From assembly GCA_964016885.1 (NCBI GenBank), contig OZ024748.1:6510001-6574000 (forward strand): a stretch of DNA of 64,000 nt. The letters are read 5' to 3'. A program made the translations under genes and the position numbers. Below the pieces are notes generated by a model. That model worked only from the letters and a program-made list of their open reading frames with translations, was not told where the DNA came from and made no database searches. Source of the DNA: Eledone cirrhosa. Taxonomy: Eukaryota. Position 1 is the stretch's first letter, and every line of letters begins with the position of its first letter. Positions 1-15,170 of this stretch are shown here, piece by piece.

Positions 1-364
1 TATATGTGTGTGTGTGTGTGTGTGTATGTGTGTGTGTGTGTGTGTGTGTCTGTGTGTGTGCATATATCTGTTGGGGAAGGGGACCAATTAAATTGGTAAA
101 GTGAAAAGGGACGTTGTAGAGATGAAGAAATAAATGAAATAAAATAATAATTATTATTGGTAGATAAATATATAGATAAATGGTTTTATGTTGTTTTAAT
201 AGGTAAGGTCTTTATGGTGGAGAGAGAGGGAGAGAGAGAGTGAGAGAGAGAGTGAGAGAGAGGGTGAGAGAGAGAGAGAGCGATATGGTGAGGTGGTGAG
301 AAGGGAAAAATATGAGAAAAAGGTGTATGGCTTGATACAGATGGTCAAAAAGTTATATATATAT

Positions 365-700
365 CATCATCATCATCATCATCATCAACGTTTAACGTCC
401 GTGTTCCACGCTTGCATGGGTTTGGACAGGGGTAGTCCCACTTGAGGCAAGAGTGATTGTCTTGCTCGCATAGGACTGTCTGGCAGGTTTTCTACAGTTG
501 GATGCCCTTCCTAACACCAACCACATTTACAGTGTGGGTCTGGGAGGTTTTTACCGTGTTGCCTACACGGCCACATTACAGCGTGGACTGTGTGTTTTTT
601 TGTCGTGACACCTACACGATCTCATTTGTTTCGGCCTGGATGGCGCGGCACCAACATAACTTTACATAGAACGGGGTGGTGTGGGTGGGGTGGGGGTGGG
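365..700 (-). mobile_element. RTE-clade LINE 3' UTR fragment with (GAT)n tail
   Basis: (CAT)n followed by cgtttaacgtcc...gcatggg...ggatgcccttcctaacaccaacc. Closely matches 37660-37980, which is attached to an RTE ORF C-terminus. Confidence 0.75.
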
Positions 701-806
701 GGTGGTGTGGGTGGGGTGGGGGGTGGGGGGTGTAATATATATATATATATATATCATTTTTTATCATTTATTTTGTTTGACCTGTTTAGCTTGATTTGTT
801 TTTTGG

Positions 807-842
807 CTTCGGTGGTTAATGCCTTCTTAACCACCTTTTCAG
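807..842 (-). ncRNA. Degenerate hammerhead-like motif in a (TA)n-flanked insert (737-970)
   Basis: Minus strand CTGAAAA-GGTGGTTAA-gaaggca-TTAACCACC-GAAG: perfect 9-bp stem II, two core substitutions, stems I and III not evident. Confidence 0.35.
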
Positions 843-967
843 TCTGTATGGCGTTTTAACATATTGTTTAGCTCTAGTTTTCTTAACTATTGGAGCGCTT
901 GCCACCATTTCTACGATTTTGCGTTTCGTTTCGCTTTTTCTACCAGCCGAAATACGATTCTCGCTGA

Positions 968-1028
<61 letters not shown>

Positions 1029-1246
1029 TGGGTACGTGTGTTTCTGTGTATGTGCGTATATATATATATATGGGGAGAGAGAGAAATAGATAGATATATA
1101 AGTAAATAGGTAGCTAGGTAGATACATTGATAAAATGCTGGATAGACAGATAGATAGATAGATTCATAGATAGAGGGGGCAAGAGTTAGTTTAGATACGT
1201 AAACAGATAGACATATGAATTGACAGAGAAATAGAAAGACAGATAG

Positions 1247-1283
<37 letters not shown>

Positions 1284-1284
1284 T

Positions 1285-1457
1285 ATATTTTAACTTTAAT
1301 TATATCTCATAAAATAATACAACTGGCTTTTCCACATAATACATATTGTTAGCACCCCAAACACTTAAATTGGGTTTATATTAAAATATAACCTAATGTT
1401 TGTTGAGTGAGATGGTTACCAGTCAGAGATTAGCTTTAAACTATCTCTGTTATTGTA

Positions 1458-1462
<5 letters not shown>
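1285..1462. mobile_element. Short interspersed repeat between (TA)n tracts, copy 1 (copy 2 at 56615-56733)
   Basis: Shared ...tctcat..aaataatacaac...gttagcaccc(c)aaacact(t)aaattggg...gtttgttgagt. Confidence 0.6.
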
Positions 1463-1552
<90 letters not shown>

Positions 1553-1771
1553 TAGATAGATAGATAGATAGATATATAGATAGATAGATAGATAGATAGA
1601 TAGACTGTAAGAAGATACACAAGAGATTGGCCGGCATATTAGAGTGTGGCTACATGAATTAGTGAAGATATAATTGTTCCATATTCTGTACAGTTCCTTA
1701 AATATTGTCTTTTGACTAACATGTCTAGGATAGATTTATATTGACACATGCATCCTTTTACACACACGCAC

Positions 1772-1831
<60 letters not shown>

Positions 1832-1841
1832 GTATATATAC

Positions 1842-1956
<115 letters not shown>

Positions 1957-2011
1957 CAAATTATACTCACACGCACATGTATATAAAGAAAACAAAATGC
2001 TTTTCGCCCTA

Positions 2012-2044
<33 letters not shown>

Positions 2045-2047
2045 TAT

Positions 2048-2102
<55 letters not shown>

Positions 2103-2103
2103 C

Positions 2104-2156
<53 letters not shown>

Positions 2157-2201
2157 CATATCTACACATACATATTATACATATATTGAATGCATGTGTG
2201 T

Positions 2202-2233
<32 letters not shown>

Positions 2234-2445
2234 TTGTGTGTACAGCCACACACATCATCCGTCAGTGTATTTTCTCTCCTACCCGGGATACAATGTAGAC
2301 ATTGCGTGTGAGAGGTGTCAAACGACTCAACCAGACCGTTGATATTAAATTAGATTTTGCAAACATATCCCAGCAGAGAGATGTGTTCGGTGTAGACACC
2401 ACTGACAGAAATAGGAAGTGAGAGAGAGAGAGGGTGGATGGAGAG

Positions 2446-2512
<67 letters not shown>

Positions 2513-3193
2513 CAGGAAGAGAGTGAGAGAGGTGGGGAAGAGATGTATATAGATATAGAGAGAGAATTGTGAGGGATAGCGAGGAAGTTGGTGGGGAGGA
2601 AGAGATGAGATGCAAGTTTACACACACTCACAGACATATATATATACGGAGAGATAGATAGATAGATATATATAGAGAGAGAGGGGTAGAGAGAGAGAGG
2701 GAGAGAGAGAAGTTAGAGAGTGATGGCGTCAGCTAGAAGTGCAGGAGGTCTTGTTGTTGTTGTTGTTGTTAGTTGAGTGTGATGAAGACAGAAATGTTCC
2801 CATGGTCCACTGAATATGTTGTCGTTGTTTGTTTATTATTTTTGTGTTATTGTTGTTGTATGGTTTCAGATGAGTTGAAATGTACAGAGAGAGAGAGAGA
2901 GGGCGAGGGACAGTGTCAGAGGACAGAGAGAGAGAGGGAGAGAGGGGGGCGACAGTATCAGAGGATAGAGAGAGAGATAGAGAGATAGAGAGAGAGAAAG
3001 AGAGAGAGAGGGAGAGAGAGATCTTTCCATTATTAAATCGAATTAAAACCTTTATTCATTCTCCATCCTTCTTTCTCTCTCTCTCTCTCTCTTCTCTCCA
3101 CACGTCTCTTGCATTCTATATTTGTCAAATTCCGAATTTAATCCCGTACTGGACACACACACAGACACACACACACACACACACACACATATT

Positions 3194-3225
<32 letters not shown>

Positions 3226-3304
3226 GATATATATATATATACACACTTCCTTTCTCAGCCTCGAGTACGGTTTGGTAATTTGTTGTGGAACTACCCCCCC
3301 CCCG

Positions 3305-3340
<36 letters not shown>

Positions 3341-3341
3341 G

Positions 3342-3393
<52 letters not shown>

Positions 3394-3480
3394 TATATAA
3401 TATTCGAAAAACTCAGATTACCTTTATATATATATATATATATATATATAAAGGTAATCTGAGTTTTTCGAATATTTATA

Positions 3481-3740
3481 ATTGTTTCTACTTTTGCCAC
3501 AAGATCAGCAATTATCCCACTGCATTACTGGTACTTTATTTTATTTTATTGACCCCGTAAGGATGAAAGGCAAAGTCAACCTCGGCATAATAATTGTTTC
3601 TACTTTAGGCACAAGGCCAGCAATTACCCAGTGCATTACTGGTACTTTATTTCATCGACCCCGTAAGGATGAAAGGCAAAGTCAACCTCGGCCGGATTTG
3701 AACTCAGATCGTAAAGGGACGTAACTATGATGCAAAGCAT
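3481..3740 (-). mobile_element. tRNA-derived SINE family A (Meta-domain-like core), with tandem duplication of the 3' part
   Basis: aattgtttctact...cacaaggccagc...ggtactttattt..cgaccccgtaaggatgaaaggcaaagtcaacctcggc occurs twice (3481-3587, 3592-3740). B-box-like GAGTTCAAATCC on minus. Confidence 0.85.
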
Positions 3741-3874
3741 ATTCGATTCGTTTGCAATTATGCAAACAAGCCTCAATTTTATAGCCATGTCAGTAGAATG
3801 AACCCCTCATTCCTGCTCTTGTGTTGGCATGCGATAAATTGAGGCTTGTTTGCAAAATTGCAAATGAATCGAAT
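3741..3874. repeat. Imperfect inverted repeat (about 50-bp arms), MITE-like or fold-back element
   Basis: attcgattcgtttgcaattatgcaaacaagcctcaattt ... aaattgaggcttgtttgcaaaattgcaaatgaatcgaat. Confidence 0.75.
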
Positions 3875-3999
3875 GTTATTATTAATATTCGAAAAACTCA
3901 GATTACATTTATTGTATTCAGCCATGTAGAGCGAAATTTTCTTTTTTATTATATTCATATATATATGTGTATATATATATATATACATATATATATTTT

Positions 4000-4116
<117 letters not shown>

Positions 4117-4137
4117 TATAATATATATATATATATA

Positions 4138-4336
<199 letters not shown>

Positions 4337-4338
4337 AG

Positions 4339-4372
<34 letters not shown>

Positions 4373-4897
4373 TATATGTGTGTGTGTATATATATATATC
4401 CATCCCGAAGGACAAGCACGTAGCGAGGAACTCTGAGTAGAGACGTCGGATTTATCGATCGATCTCCGAACGAATTAATCACATCTGTAACCTATTCTCC
4501 CATCTCTATGGCTAGTCAGCACCATCGTCACCGCCATCTCCCTCCTCATCATCATCACCATCATCATCACCATCATCAACACAACTATCCCAATCTATAA
4601 ACACCAACTTGTACTTTAGCCTAAAAGATGAAGGATGTCCCAGTGTTCCAGTTATATCGTTAATGTCCTAACAAACAACCAAACCCAATAAACAAACAAA
4701 AAAAAAACTATGGGTCACATCAGGACGTTGACCCAGTTCTGACTCAAACAATCGAATGGGGATGGGGGAATAAACTCCCTAAAATAAGAGAAAACAAACC
4801 TAAAAACAAATTAAGATATCTCTTTATTTGCTAGGTGAAATCTTAAGAAGAAACTTGCTGAAAGGATGGTTGATATTCTGTATTATATATGTATTTA

Positions 4898-5119
<222 letters not shown>

Positions 5120-5153
5120 AATATATATATATATTTATATATATATATATATG

Positions 5154-5184
<31 letters not shown>

Positions 5185-5277
5185 GTATACATATATGTAT
5201 ATATATATACACATATATATATATACAATATAAATATATATGAATATATATAAACATATATATATATATATATATGC

Positions 5278-5317
<40 letters not shown>

Positions 5318-5662
5318 AAACAATTTTCTTCGCTTCTTACCCCTTCTCTCTTCTTTGTCACATCTGATTGGATTGTCAGTGTTGCCTCACGCTACCCCAC
5401 CACCACCACTCTCCTACACCACTGCACCACCATACCCAATCCCATCCTACATTAATGACAGGAGACTGGACGATTAGGCACAAATGCTAACAATAATAAT
5501 AATAATAATAATGATGAGATGGTCAGCCAGCTTGTCAATCACAGATAGGCGGACTTGTCAATAGCCGTGGGAGGACAGCTGCTTGCACTAACACAGACAT
5601 ACAGAGTCACATATGTAATACATACACTTATACATACGTACATACATACATACATACATACA

Positions 5663-5693
<31 letters not shown>

Positions 5694-5829
5694 GTGTGTG
5701 TGTGCGTATATATATATATATATATATATAATGGTTAGGATTGCACTCAATGGTATTACGATGTCCGTCTCGTTTTTGGTTGTATTTTGCAGAGTGTAAA
5801 TAGAGTTCGTCAAATATATATATATATAT

Positions 5830-5893
5830 ATAGGAAAAGGTTCACGACCCCGACGGCAGAGCTCAAGCCATTTCGACGGCTATTTCTGGACTC
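5830..5893. mobile_element. Family F truncated copy
   Basis: gaccccgacggcagagctcaagccatttcgacggctatttctggactc between (TA)n and (CA)n. Confidence 0.75.
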
Positions 5894-5915
5894 ATACACA
5901 CACACACACACACAT

Positions 5916-5948
<33 letters not shown>

Positions 5949-6294
5949 CACACATGTGTGTGAGCCTAGTGGTTCGACAAGATAGAAATCGATAAAATAA
6001 TGGCTAAAACAAGCGAATAACCAAATTGTTGTTAGAGTTTGTCTTCCTTCTCCAAGTAAGAAGGAAATTTCAGTTTAATTAGGGGTATAATTGTCTGTAC
6101 GTATGACATTCAATGCATCACCTCGTAACTTATTAAAACCAGGCACACGGACAGTTAAACAGATATTGAGGCTGAAGAGACAGGTGAGAGGTAACAATTA
6201 GAGGCAGAATTTAATTGAGCCTTACCATATTACATCACATGTTAATAATCAGAAATTGTGTCATTTACGAAACAGTGATGGATGTAAGTAATAT

Positions 6295-6499
6295 AAATGT
6301 TGTGATGATGATGAGTGGGAAGGATGGGGTGGAGAGTGATTGATTATAATCAATCACTTTCTACCTAATTATCAATCATATTGAAGAATCAACCCTTCTG
6401 TATCCAGACCTCCACCATGAAACTCTCACTCTATTTCTCTATCACTTCATTTACTTCTGTCTCTCTGTCTCTCTCTGTTTGTATACCTCCTCTTTCTCT

Positions 6500-6575
<76 letters not shown>

Positions 6576-6785
6576 CCTCTCTCGCATCCTCCGTGAGTAA
6601 TGTAAGGGCTTGTGAGGATGATGATAGCGATAGGGGTAGGGCTACTGATTGTAGAGGGTGGGTAAGATGTTTGTTATCAATCATACTGAAGTATCCACCG
6701 TCCTGTGCCCAGGGACCCACTCACACTCTTTACCTCAAACTCTCTCTCTCTCTATCTCACATTCTGTGAAAAATGTAAGTAATTG

Positions 6786-6828
<43 letters not shown>

Positions 6829-6959
6829 ACCGGTGGTGGGGGTGGGTGAGAGTTTTTTTTATCAATCATACTGAAGTATCCATCATCCCGTGTCCAGGGA
6901 TCCCACATATCTCTCAACATCTCCCTATCTCTATAGCTGTGCCTCCTTGATTTGTGATA

Positions 6960-7002
<43 letters not shown>

Positions 7003-7097
7003 CGATGGACGGATGAAGAGTGATCACTTATCAATTATAGTGGAAAATTCAACCCTTCCTTTGTCCAGGGACCTCTCTTTACCCTGCTCTCTCTCTC

Positions 7098-7167
<70 letters not shown>

Positions 7168-7170
7168 GCA
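6295..7170. repeat. Degenerate compound tandem repeat, 4 units
   Basis: Each unit is (GAT)n, a G-rich segment, ttatcaatcata(c/t)tgaag..tc(c/a)a..., ccagggac, then (CT)n. Anchors near 6369, 6674, 6859, 7028. Confidence 0.7.
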
Positions 7171-7589
7171 CCCCAAGTAAGATTCGCTAACGATTATGTA
7201 GAAACTCACAGACCGTGACTTTGACGCCAGATGCATTATGGGGCGGTAAGACTAAATTCAGTCATCATGACGTGGAACAATTTTCCTCCGCCCCTCATTG
7301 CATAATGCTGACATGAGGTGGTGGGAGGTCGGGATTTGTGGATGGTACAGTGCCAGCTAATAACTATAATTAACCATTGTTGAAAATAACACAATGTCTA
7401 GCAGATACATTTATCATTAGTGACTAGATTCTGAAGCACCGAAGACTGGGTCTTTGGATGGAATTCATTTTCCATGTTTCACTAAGTTTTAACCAGGCAA
7501 TTTCGTTCTCGATGTTTGTCGCTACTAGAGCAGATCCATAAATACAGACGTTCCAGCTATGACATTCCCAGAAGTCTCACTCTGTATAA

Positions 7590-7797
7590 AAGACTGAAAA
7601 ACTCCCAGGATCTTGCAGGGGAAATAAGGAGATTGTGAAATTTCGCTACAAATGTAGCCTTAATTGTTATTGGTGCGTTAGGGACTATTACCTTCAGATT
7701 CCAGAGAGACAGAAGTGTGAGAACAAATGTACCGTTGAGGCAAAAATCTGCCTTACTGGGTACAGCAAGGAATACCAGTAATTTTCTGGGGTTCTAA
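7590..7797 (+). pseudogene. Relic C-terminus of an R4/Dong-like non-LTR retrotransposon (restriction-like endonuclease)
   Basis: Hand translation: QDLAGEIRRL*NFATNVALIVIGALGTI...QKSALLGTARN. Matches the KYxDLxxEIxRLW...IVIGALG...QKxALLGTAR signature. In-frame stop; short (TAA)n at 7860. Confidence 0.75.
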
Positions 7798-7998
7798 CGA
7801 AAATAATTATGACCTAAAATTAAGGTCAATTATTCCTGAAATATTTGTGCAAGACTAAATTAATAATAATAACAATGTACATATATATATATATATATAT
7901 GAATATAGTGTGTATATATTTTTAAGTGTATATTAATATACATATATATGTATATATATATATGTATATGATATATACAGCCACACCACACACAACCT

Positions 7999-8041
<43 letters not shown>

Positions 8042-8108
8042 TATACATACATATATATATATATATATATGATATATACAGCCACACACACGCACACCAC
8101 GCACACAA

Positions 8109-8200
<92 letters not shown>

Positions 8201-8461
8201 CTGACTTTAATGGCAGCTGTGTTCCGCTATTTAATAGTGATTAAAGTGTGTGTTTATGGGGGCACTGTTCAAATATTATCTCAAATATATATCGATTATA
8301 GATCAATGTCCATTTATTGGCATATGAAAGTTAACACATGTTTTGTTTGTTTATGACCGTTGCCAGATTTATAATGTGTTTAATGTCAAATAAACATGAA
8401 AAGCTCGGATGTGCCTGGTATATATATATATACATATATATGTATGTATATATATGTATAT

Positions 8462-8520
<59 letters not shown>

Positions 8521-8632
8521 TGGATACACACACATATATGTGTGTATGTATATATATATATATATATATATACATATATATATGTGTGTGTGTGTGTATG
8601 TGTATATATATGTGTATATATGTGTGTGTATT

Positions 8633-8680
<48 letters not shown>

Positions 8681-8742
8681 TACACACCGCATTTTCTCAC
8701 ATTCCATTCATCCATCCATCTATGTAAATACCCATCCATCTA

Positions 8743-8865
<123 letters not shown>

Positions 8866-9138
8866 GTATATATGAATTTGTTTATAAATATATATAGTCG
8901 TACTTGTATTTTATTTATTTCTCAATAGCTCTTAAAATAGAAATAAAAAGAATTGGCGTGTAATTTGTACACACTCAGTGTGTGTGTGTGTATATATAAA
9001 TGTATATATATATGTATATACATTATATACATATATATATATATGTAACATGATGTGTAAAATGTATTTTAGTCCCCTCACACACAGACAGACAGACAGA
9101 CAGACACACACACATACATTTCTGTGCATTAATGTTTG

Positions 9139-9227
<89 letters not shown>

Positions 9228-9340
9228 CATACATACATATATGTATATATATATATATGTATATATATATATACATATACTACAATCGAATGTACGGATG
9301 TTCAGTTTCCTAAACCTCAAGTTACTCCTCTCACATTCTT

Positions 9341-9409
<69 letters not shown>

Positions 9410-9657
9410 CTCTCTCTCTCACTCAGTTTCTCTCTCTCATTCTCACTCTTTATCCCCCCTCTCTCTCTCACTGCCACACAACTATATAAAAACTACTGAG
9501 ATTGTTTAACCAAGGTTAACCAACGTTAAATCCAATTAACGATAGTAAACCATTTTATACACTCATTAAGATGTCATCAAACTCTATTAAAATGTAACAT
9601 ATAAAGTTCTGGTGCATAGATACACACACACAGAGGTAACTAATATATGTCAGTATG

Positions 9658-9695
<38 letters not shown>

Positions 9696-9794
9696 TGGGT
9701 GCATCTATGTACCTATGTATCTATGTACTACACACATCTACACGCAAATAAACAGAAATACACTATACTTTTAATAGTGTATTTAATATAGTCA

Positions 9795-9985
9795 AAACTC
9801 AGTAATGACCAAGGGTTTCGCTCCTAGAATGTTCCGCTCTCGGGCAGAGGCCAACACAAGAAGTTTTACTCTGGAAGACCAGCAGTTCCACACCACAAAT
9901 GTTGTCAAGGGAAAAAACACACCTCCATTTTCCAGCTGAGTGAACTAGAGCAATCAATGTGAAAATATAATTCCTTGCTTTAGAC
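9795..9985 (-). mobile_element. Degenerate CORE-type SINE fragment
   Basis: cattttccagctgagtgaactagagcaa...gtgaa...ttgct, similar to 44518-44570. Confidence 0.5.
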
Positions 9986-10327
9986 AAATGCCAATCAGGT
10001 TACCTCCGTGATCCCAGCCCAAATTACACAGGACTTCACTGTGGTGGTATGCTTTTTTTTGCTGACTAGTAACAGTCTTAGAAGCCCTGACCTTTTTTTT
10101 TTTAGTCAAAGATATTCGGTGTTCTGATAGCTTGTCACTGTGGGCACTATGGCACTAAATCGTCTTACATAATATTAGGTAATATATTCCTACTCTTTTA
10201 CTGGTCGTAGTCTCAAAGATTTGTCATAGAATTCTATTTTTTTAGCATGAAAATTGGGTAGATATGACCCCCCACCCTCCCGCATGCGAGCATTTGTGAC
10301 CAATAAAGGAATCGATTATTATTGTTA

Positions 10328-10425
<98 letters not shown>

Positions 10426-10683
10426 ATTGTTGCTGTTTTTGTTGTTGTTGTTGTTGTTGTTGTTGATATTGTTGATGTTGATGCTGATGCTGATGTTGTT
10501 GTCAGTTCCACCCTACATCAATCCCGTGAGGAAATAACGGATCAGTACCCGCGCGTTCACACTCACACACACATACACATGTACATACATACTCACACAC
10601 ACGTACATACATACATACATACATACATACATACATACATCCATACATACATACATACATACATACATACATACATACATACA

Positions 10684-10715
<32 letters not shown>

Positions 10716-11609
10716 CTTACATACTTATTTACATACATATATACTTACACATAGATACATATATTCATACATATATAGATACATATATACACAAATATAT
10801 ACATACATACATACATACATACATACATACATACATACATACATACTTATATGCATACATATATACATACATATATACATACATACATGCATATAGACAT
10901 ACATATAGACATACATACATACTTATATACATACATATATACATATATACATACATACATACTTACATACATACATACATGCATACATACATACATACAT
11001 ACATACATACATACATACATACATACATACATACATACTTATATATATATATATATATACATATATACATACATACATTGACACACCCAGATACACAAAC
11101 ATTCATCAAGGAGAAGCATTCATCCTCCGACAATTCCTGTTGGAAACTTCCCAGATTCGCACCAAATACTTATCCAATTAAACTAATGGATAGAGTTTTA
11201 AATATTTTAAGCACTCTCCACACTACCACCACCACCACCACCACCACCACCATCCTCACTTTCAACTCCAGCCTCACCACCACCACCACGACCTACAACA
11301 ACAACAGCAGCAGCAATAACAACAGCGCCACTACTCCCTTCATCACTAGAACCACCCCATATCCATTACCAACATCTCTAACAGAATCTCCGTAACAACC
11401 TTCACCACAACGATCACCACCAATACAACCAGTACCAGCACCAGCACCAGCACTCTCTCACAGACACCCCTTCTAGCACCACCTCCAGTACTTCTCCCAC
11501 AAGCCCCAGCACCACCATCACTATTATAACCTCTATCAACACCAAACACCAACACACACACTCCCCCCCCCCATCCACTACTATCTGCTCCACCACCAAC
11601 AAGAGAGTC

Positions 11610-11812
11610 TCTACGTGGTAGCTCGACCAGATAGAAATAGTAGTAAAAGCTACTTCAAATCACAATTTATGTTGTAGAAGAAATATCACTTTATATTACC
11701 TTATCCTATGTTTTCAGCTCATGAAAAAGAATGACAGGATGGTCACGCTTGGAGTATGTCTGAGCATATGAGTGATCGATCAGAGCTGACCTTGGGCTAA
11801 ACAACAACAATA
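11610..11812 (+). mobile_element. Old interspersed repeat family ending ggatggtcacg..tgga...ctgacc..gggctaaacaacaac
   Basis: Related degenerate copies near 12985-13140, 46800-46860, 52425-52500, 55725-55798 (+) and 35480-35690 (-). Confidence 0.6.
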
Positions 11813-12109
11813 ATTTCAATGAGCCCCACTTCCACCACCAAATAATGTCTGGCAGCTCAGTCATCCATAATCTCAGAATAATACCACCTACCCAGAGTGG
11901 ACACCCTTCAATGCCATCTGCCTGTATGATCTCAACTGTCAGCCCAACACTCTCAACACTACCACCTCCACAACCACCAGGACAACCAGCACAACCATCG
12001 CCAGAACCAATGCCCCCACCAGCATCGACACTAGCAACACCCAGAACACCTCAACACCACCACAACCAATAATACCACCTTCAACACCACATCATCTCCA
12101 ATATCAGAA

Positions 12110-12920
12110 CAACACCACAATCATCATCACAACCAACACCACTACCAACAACAACAGCAACAGACACCAGCGCCTCTACAAACAACAACAACACCACTAC
12201 TACCATCAATAGATACCACCACCTATACCGTCAATATCAACACCATCACAATCATCATCACAACCAACACTACTACCAACAACAGCAACAGACACCAGCG
12301 CCTCTACAAACAACAACAACACCACCACTACCATCAATAGATACCACCACCTATACCGTCAATATCAACACCATCACAATCATCATCACAACCAACACCA
12401 CTACCAACAACAACAACAGACACCAGCGCCTCTACAAACAACAACAACACCACTACCATCAATAGATAACACCACCTATACCGTCAATATCAACACCATC
12501 ACAATCATCATCACAACCAACACCACTACCAACAACAACAACAGACACCAGCGCCTCTACAAACAACAACAACACTACTACCATCAATAGATACCACCAC
12601 CTATACCGTCAATATCAACACCATCACAATCATCATCACAACCAACACCACTACCAACAACAACAACAGACACCAGCGCCTCTACAAACGACAACAACAC
12701 CACTACCATCAATAGATACCACCACCTATACCGTCAATATCAACACCATCACAATCATCATCACAACCAACACCACTACCAACAACAACAACAGACACCA
12801 GCGCCTCTACAAACGACAACAACACCACTACCATCAATAGATACCACCACCTATACCGTCAATATCAACACCATCACAATCATCATCACAACCAACACCA
12901 CTACCAACAACAACAGACAT
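12110..12920. repeat. Minisatellite, 125-129-bp unit, about 6.3 copies
   Basis: gacaccagcgcctctacaaac recurs near 12162, 12291, 12419, 12544, 12669, 12794. Unit length varies through internal (CAA)n. Confidence 0.95.
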
Positions 12921-13416
12921 CAGCCCAACACCAACTCCATCACAACCACAACTACCAGCAACTGTTACGAGTTAAAAAGAACCTCAATGTGGTCATTCGA
13001 CGTTAGTGAGATGGTAGTCAAATGAGCCTCAAATTACACACTCTAAAGTCTTGAAAGCTAATTACCACAATGCATGATGTTCTTCTGAATACTTAAAAAA
13101 AAAACAGGATAGTCATGGATGGAACACTATTGATAATCGATTTTTTTTTTCTATAAAGGTTTAACGGAGGGTTAACAGGCTGTAGTAACCATCAGCACTA
13201 TCACATCTACCTCCACCACCACCACCACCACCACCACCACCTCCACCATCACCACCTACATCACTATTCCCGACACTATTCTGTAATGTGTGCTATAGTT
13301 GAGTCATACAATAGGAATGTAAGCAATATCGTGGCTGTACTGCTGTATATATGTGACTGAATCAATATACACACACACACACACATGTATATATATAGGA
13401 ACATGCATATATGTAG

Positions 13417-13455
<39 letters not shown>

Positions 13456-13481
13456 AACATGCATATATGTAGGTGTGTGTG

Positions 13482-13536
<55 letters not shown>

Positions 13537-13636
13537 TGCAACAGACAGAATGACTGTCTCTTTTATATCATTCCTAATCACATTTGACTATCAATGTATA
13601 TATTTATGTATGTATGCATGTATATATATATATACG

Positions 13637-13668
<32 letters not shown>

Positions 13669-13678
13669 TCTATGTATG

Positions 13679-13712
<34 letters not shown>

Positions 13713-13751
13713 TGTATGTATGTATGTATGTATGTATGTATGCATGTATGC

Positions 13752-13825
<74 letters not shown>

Positions 13826-14094
13826 ATATACGTATATGTATCTATGTATGTATGTATGTATGTATGTATGTATATATATATATATATATACACACACATA
13901 CGTACATGCATACACACATACAACAATACATACAACAAAACCTTCTCTTAAACAATTGTCATCCGTAAAAATTGTCCACAAAGAGAAGAATGACTAACAG
14001 AATTCATCTACACTTCTCTATACAGCTATATATATATATACGCACGCATATACACACCCACACATACACATACATATCTATATGTATATATAGA

Positions 14095-14215
14095 CATTCT
14101 TTTACTGGGTTCAGTCATTAGATTACGGCCATAATGGAGTATTTACTCCTAATCTATCGATCATATCGATAGAAGTAGTTATTTTATCGACAACATTTTG
14201 GCTAACCGCTATGTC
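14095..14215. mobile_element. Degenerate SINE-like repeat (related copy about 41075-41170)
   Basis: ttttactgggttcagtcattagattacggccat..tggag...tattttatcgac resembles a common octopus SINE as remembered. Confidence 0.4.
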
Positions 14216-14330
14216 ACTTATATAAACATAGACATATATACACACATTCCGTTATTCGAGGTTGAGGCATCTCACCGTCGCTACTCCGACTTTCACCTCC
14301 ACTACACGTTTCAGAGAGAGAGGGGGAGAG

Positions 14331-14434
<104 letters not shown>

Positions 14435-14832
14435 ATGAGAGTACCAGTGCTGAAAGTATACGAATACAGTTTAATGTGGGAGTGGCTTATTCTACATAAA
14501 ATCTGATATTTCATATACAAATGCTTGTACTCCTGAAACTCCACATTCTGAGACTTATAAACTTATATTGTAGCTACTCCTGGTGAAATAGCCGTATGTC
14601 TGGATAGATGTAAGTCATATGTAACTGTTAAATGTGTAAAATAACACAACGAAATACATTTACTGAACACTTTGGAAAAGATTATGACGAAATCCTTATA
14701 ATGAATTTGATTGGTTACCAATTGTCACGTGGTATGCTATGTAGGCATTGTGGGAAAAGAGGGCGTAGGAATGAGTATGTTTTCTAGTGTGGGAAATTTG
14801 GGTGGTATTTTTAATTATTGAAACGATCTCGA

Positions 14833-14922
14833 GTGACTATGTGAGACCACGAGGGACCACGTGAGACTACGAGGGACCACGTGAGACTACGAGAGACCAC
14901 GTGAGACTACGAGAGACTACGT
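14833..14922. repeat. Minisatellite, 20-bp unit of 10-bp subunits
   Basis: gtgagac(c/t)acgag(g/a)gaccac x4. Confidence 0.9.
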
Positions 14923-14999
14923 AGTTGATATTTACTTACGGCTAAGAATGTCATATTGAAAGTAAAAACATGTTGTTCGGTTCCAGCCATGTAGCTTCA

Positions 15000-15170
15000 C
15001 CCAATATCCGGTTGCAATGTTGCTCTCCTAACGCAGGGTTACAAAATATATCCAAATACCAGGAACTGACCGACCGTTTCCTTTTCGTACCTGTCACCGT
15101 CGAGCACTCCGGTGTCCTCGTTCCACGGACTTCTGATTTCTTCTGGAAAATCGGGAGAAGTGTTACTTGT
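15000..15170 (+). pseudogene. Relic restriction-like endonuclease domain of a CRE-like non-LTR retrotransposon
   Basis: ORF 14970-15332 segment SKYQELTDRFLFVPVTVEHSGVLVPRTSDFFWKIGR fits KYxxLxxxYxFxPxAVETxGxxGPxxxxFLxxIG. Confidence 0.7.

Noticed and set aside
12110-12920. CRISPR-like or coding interpretation of regular repeats (also 34757-34905, 27735-28292)
   Set aside because: Units are contiguous with no unique spacers, there are no cas genes, and the context is eukaryotic. The 125-129-bp unit does not keep frame.
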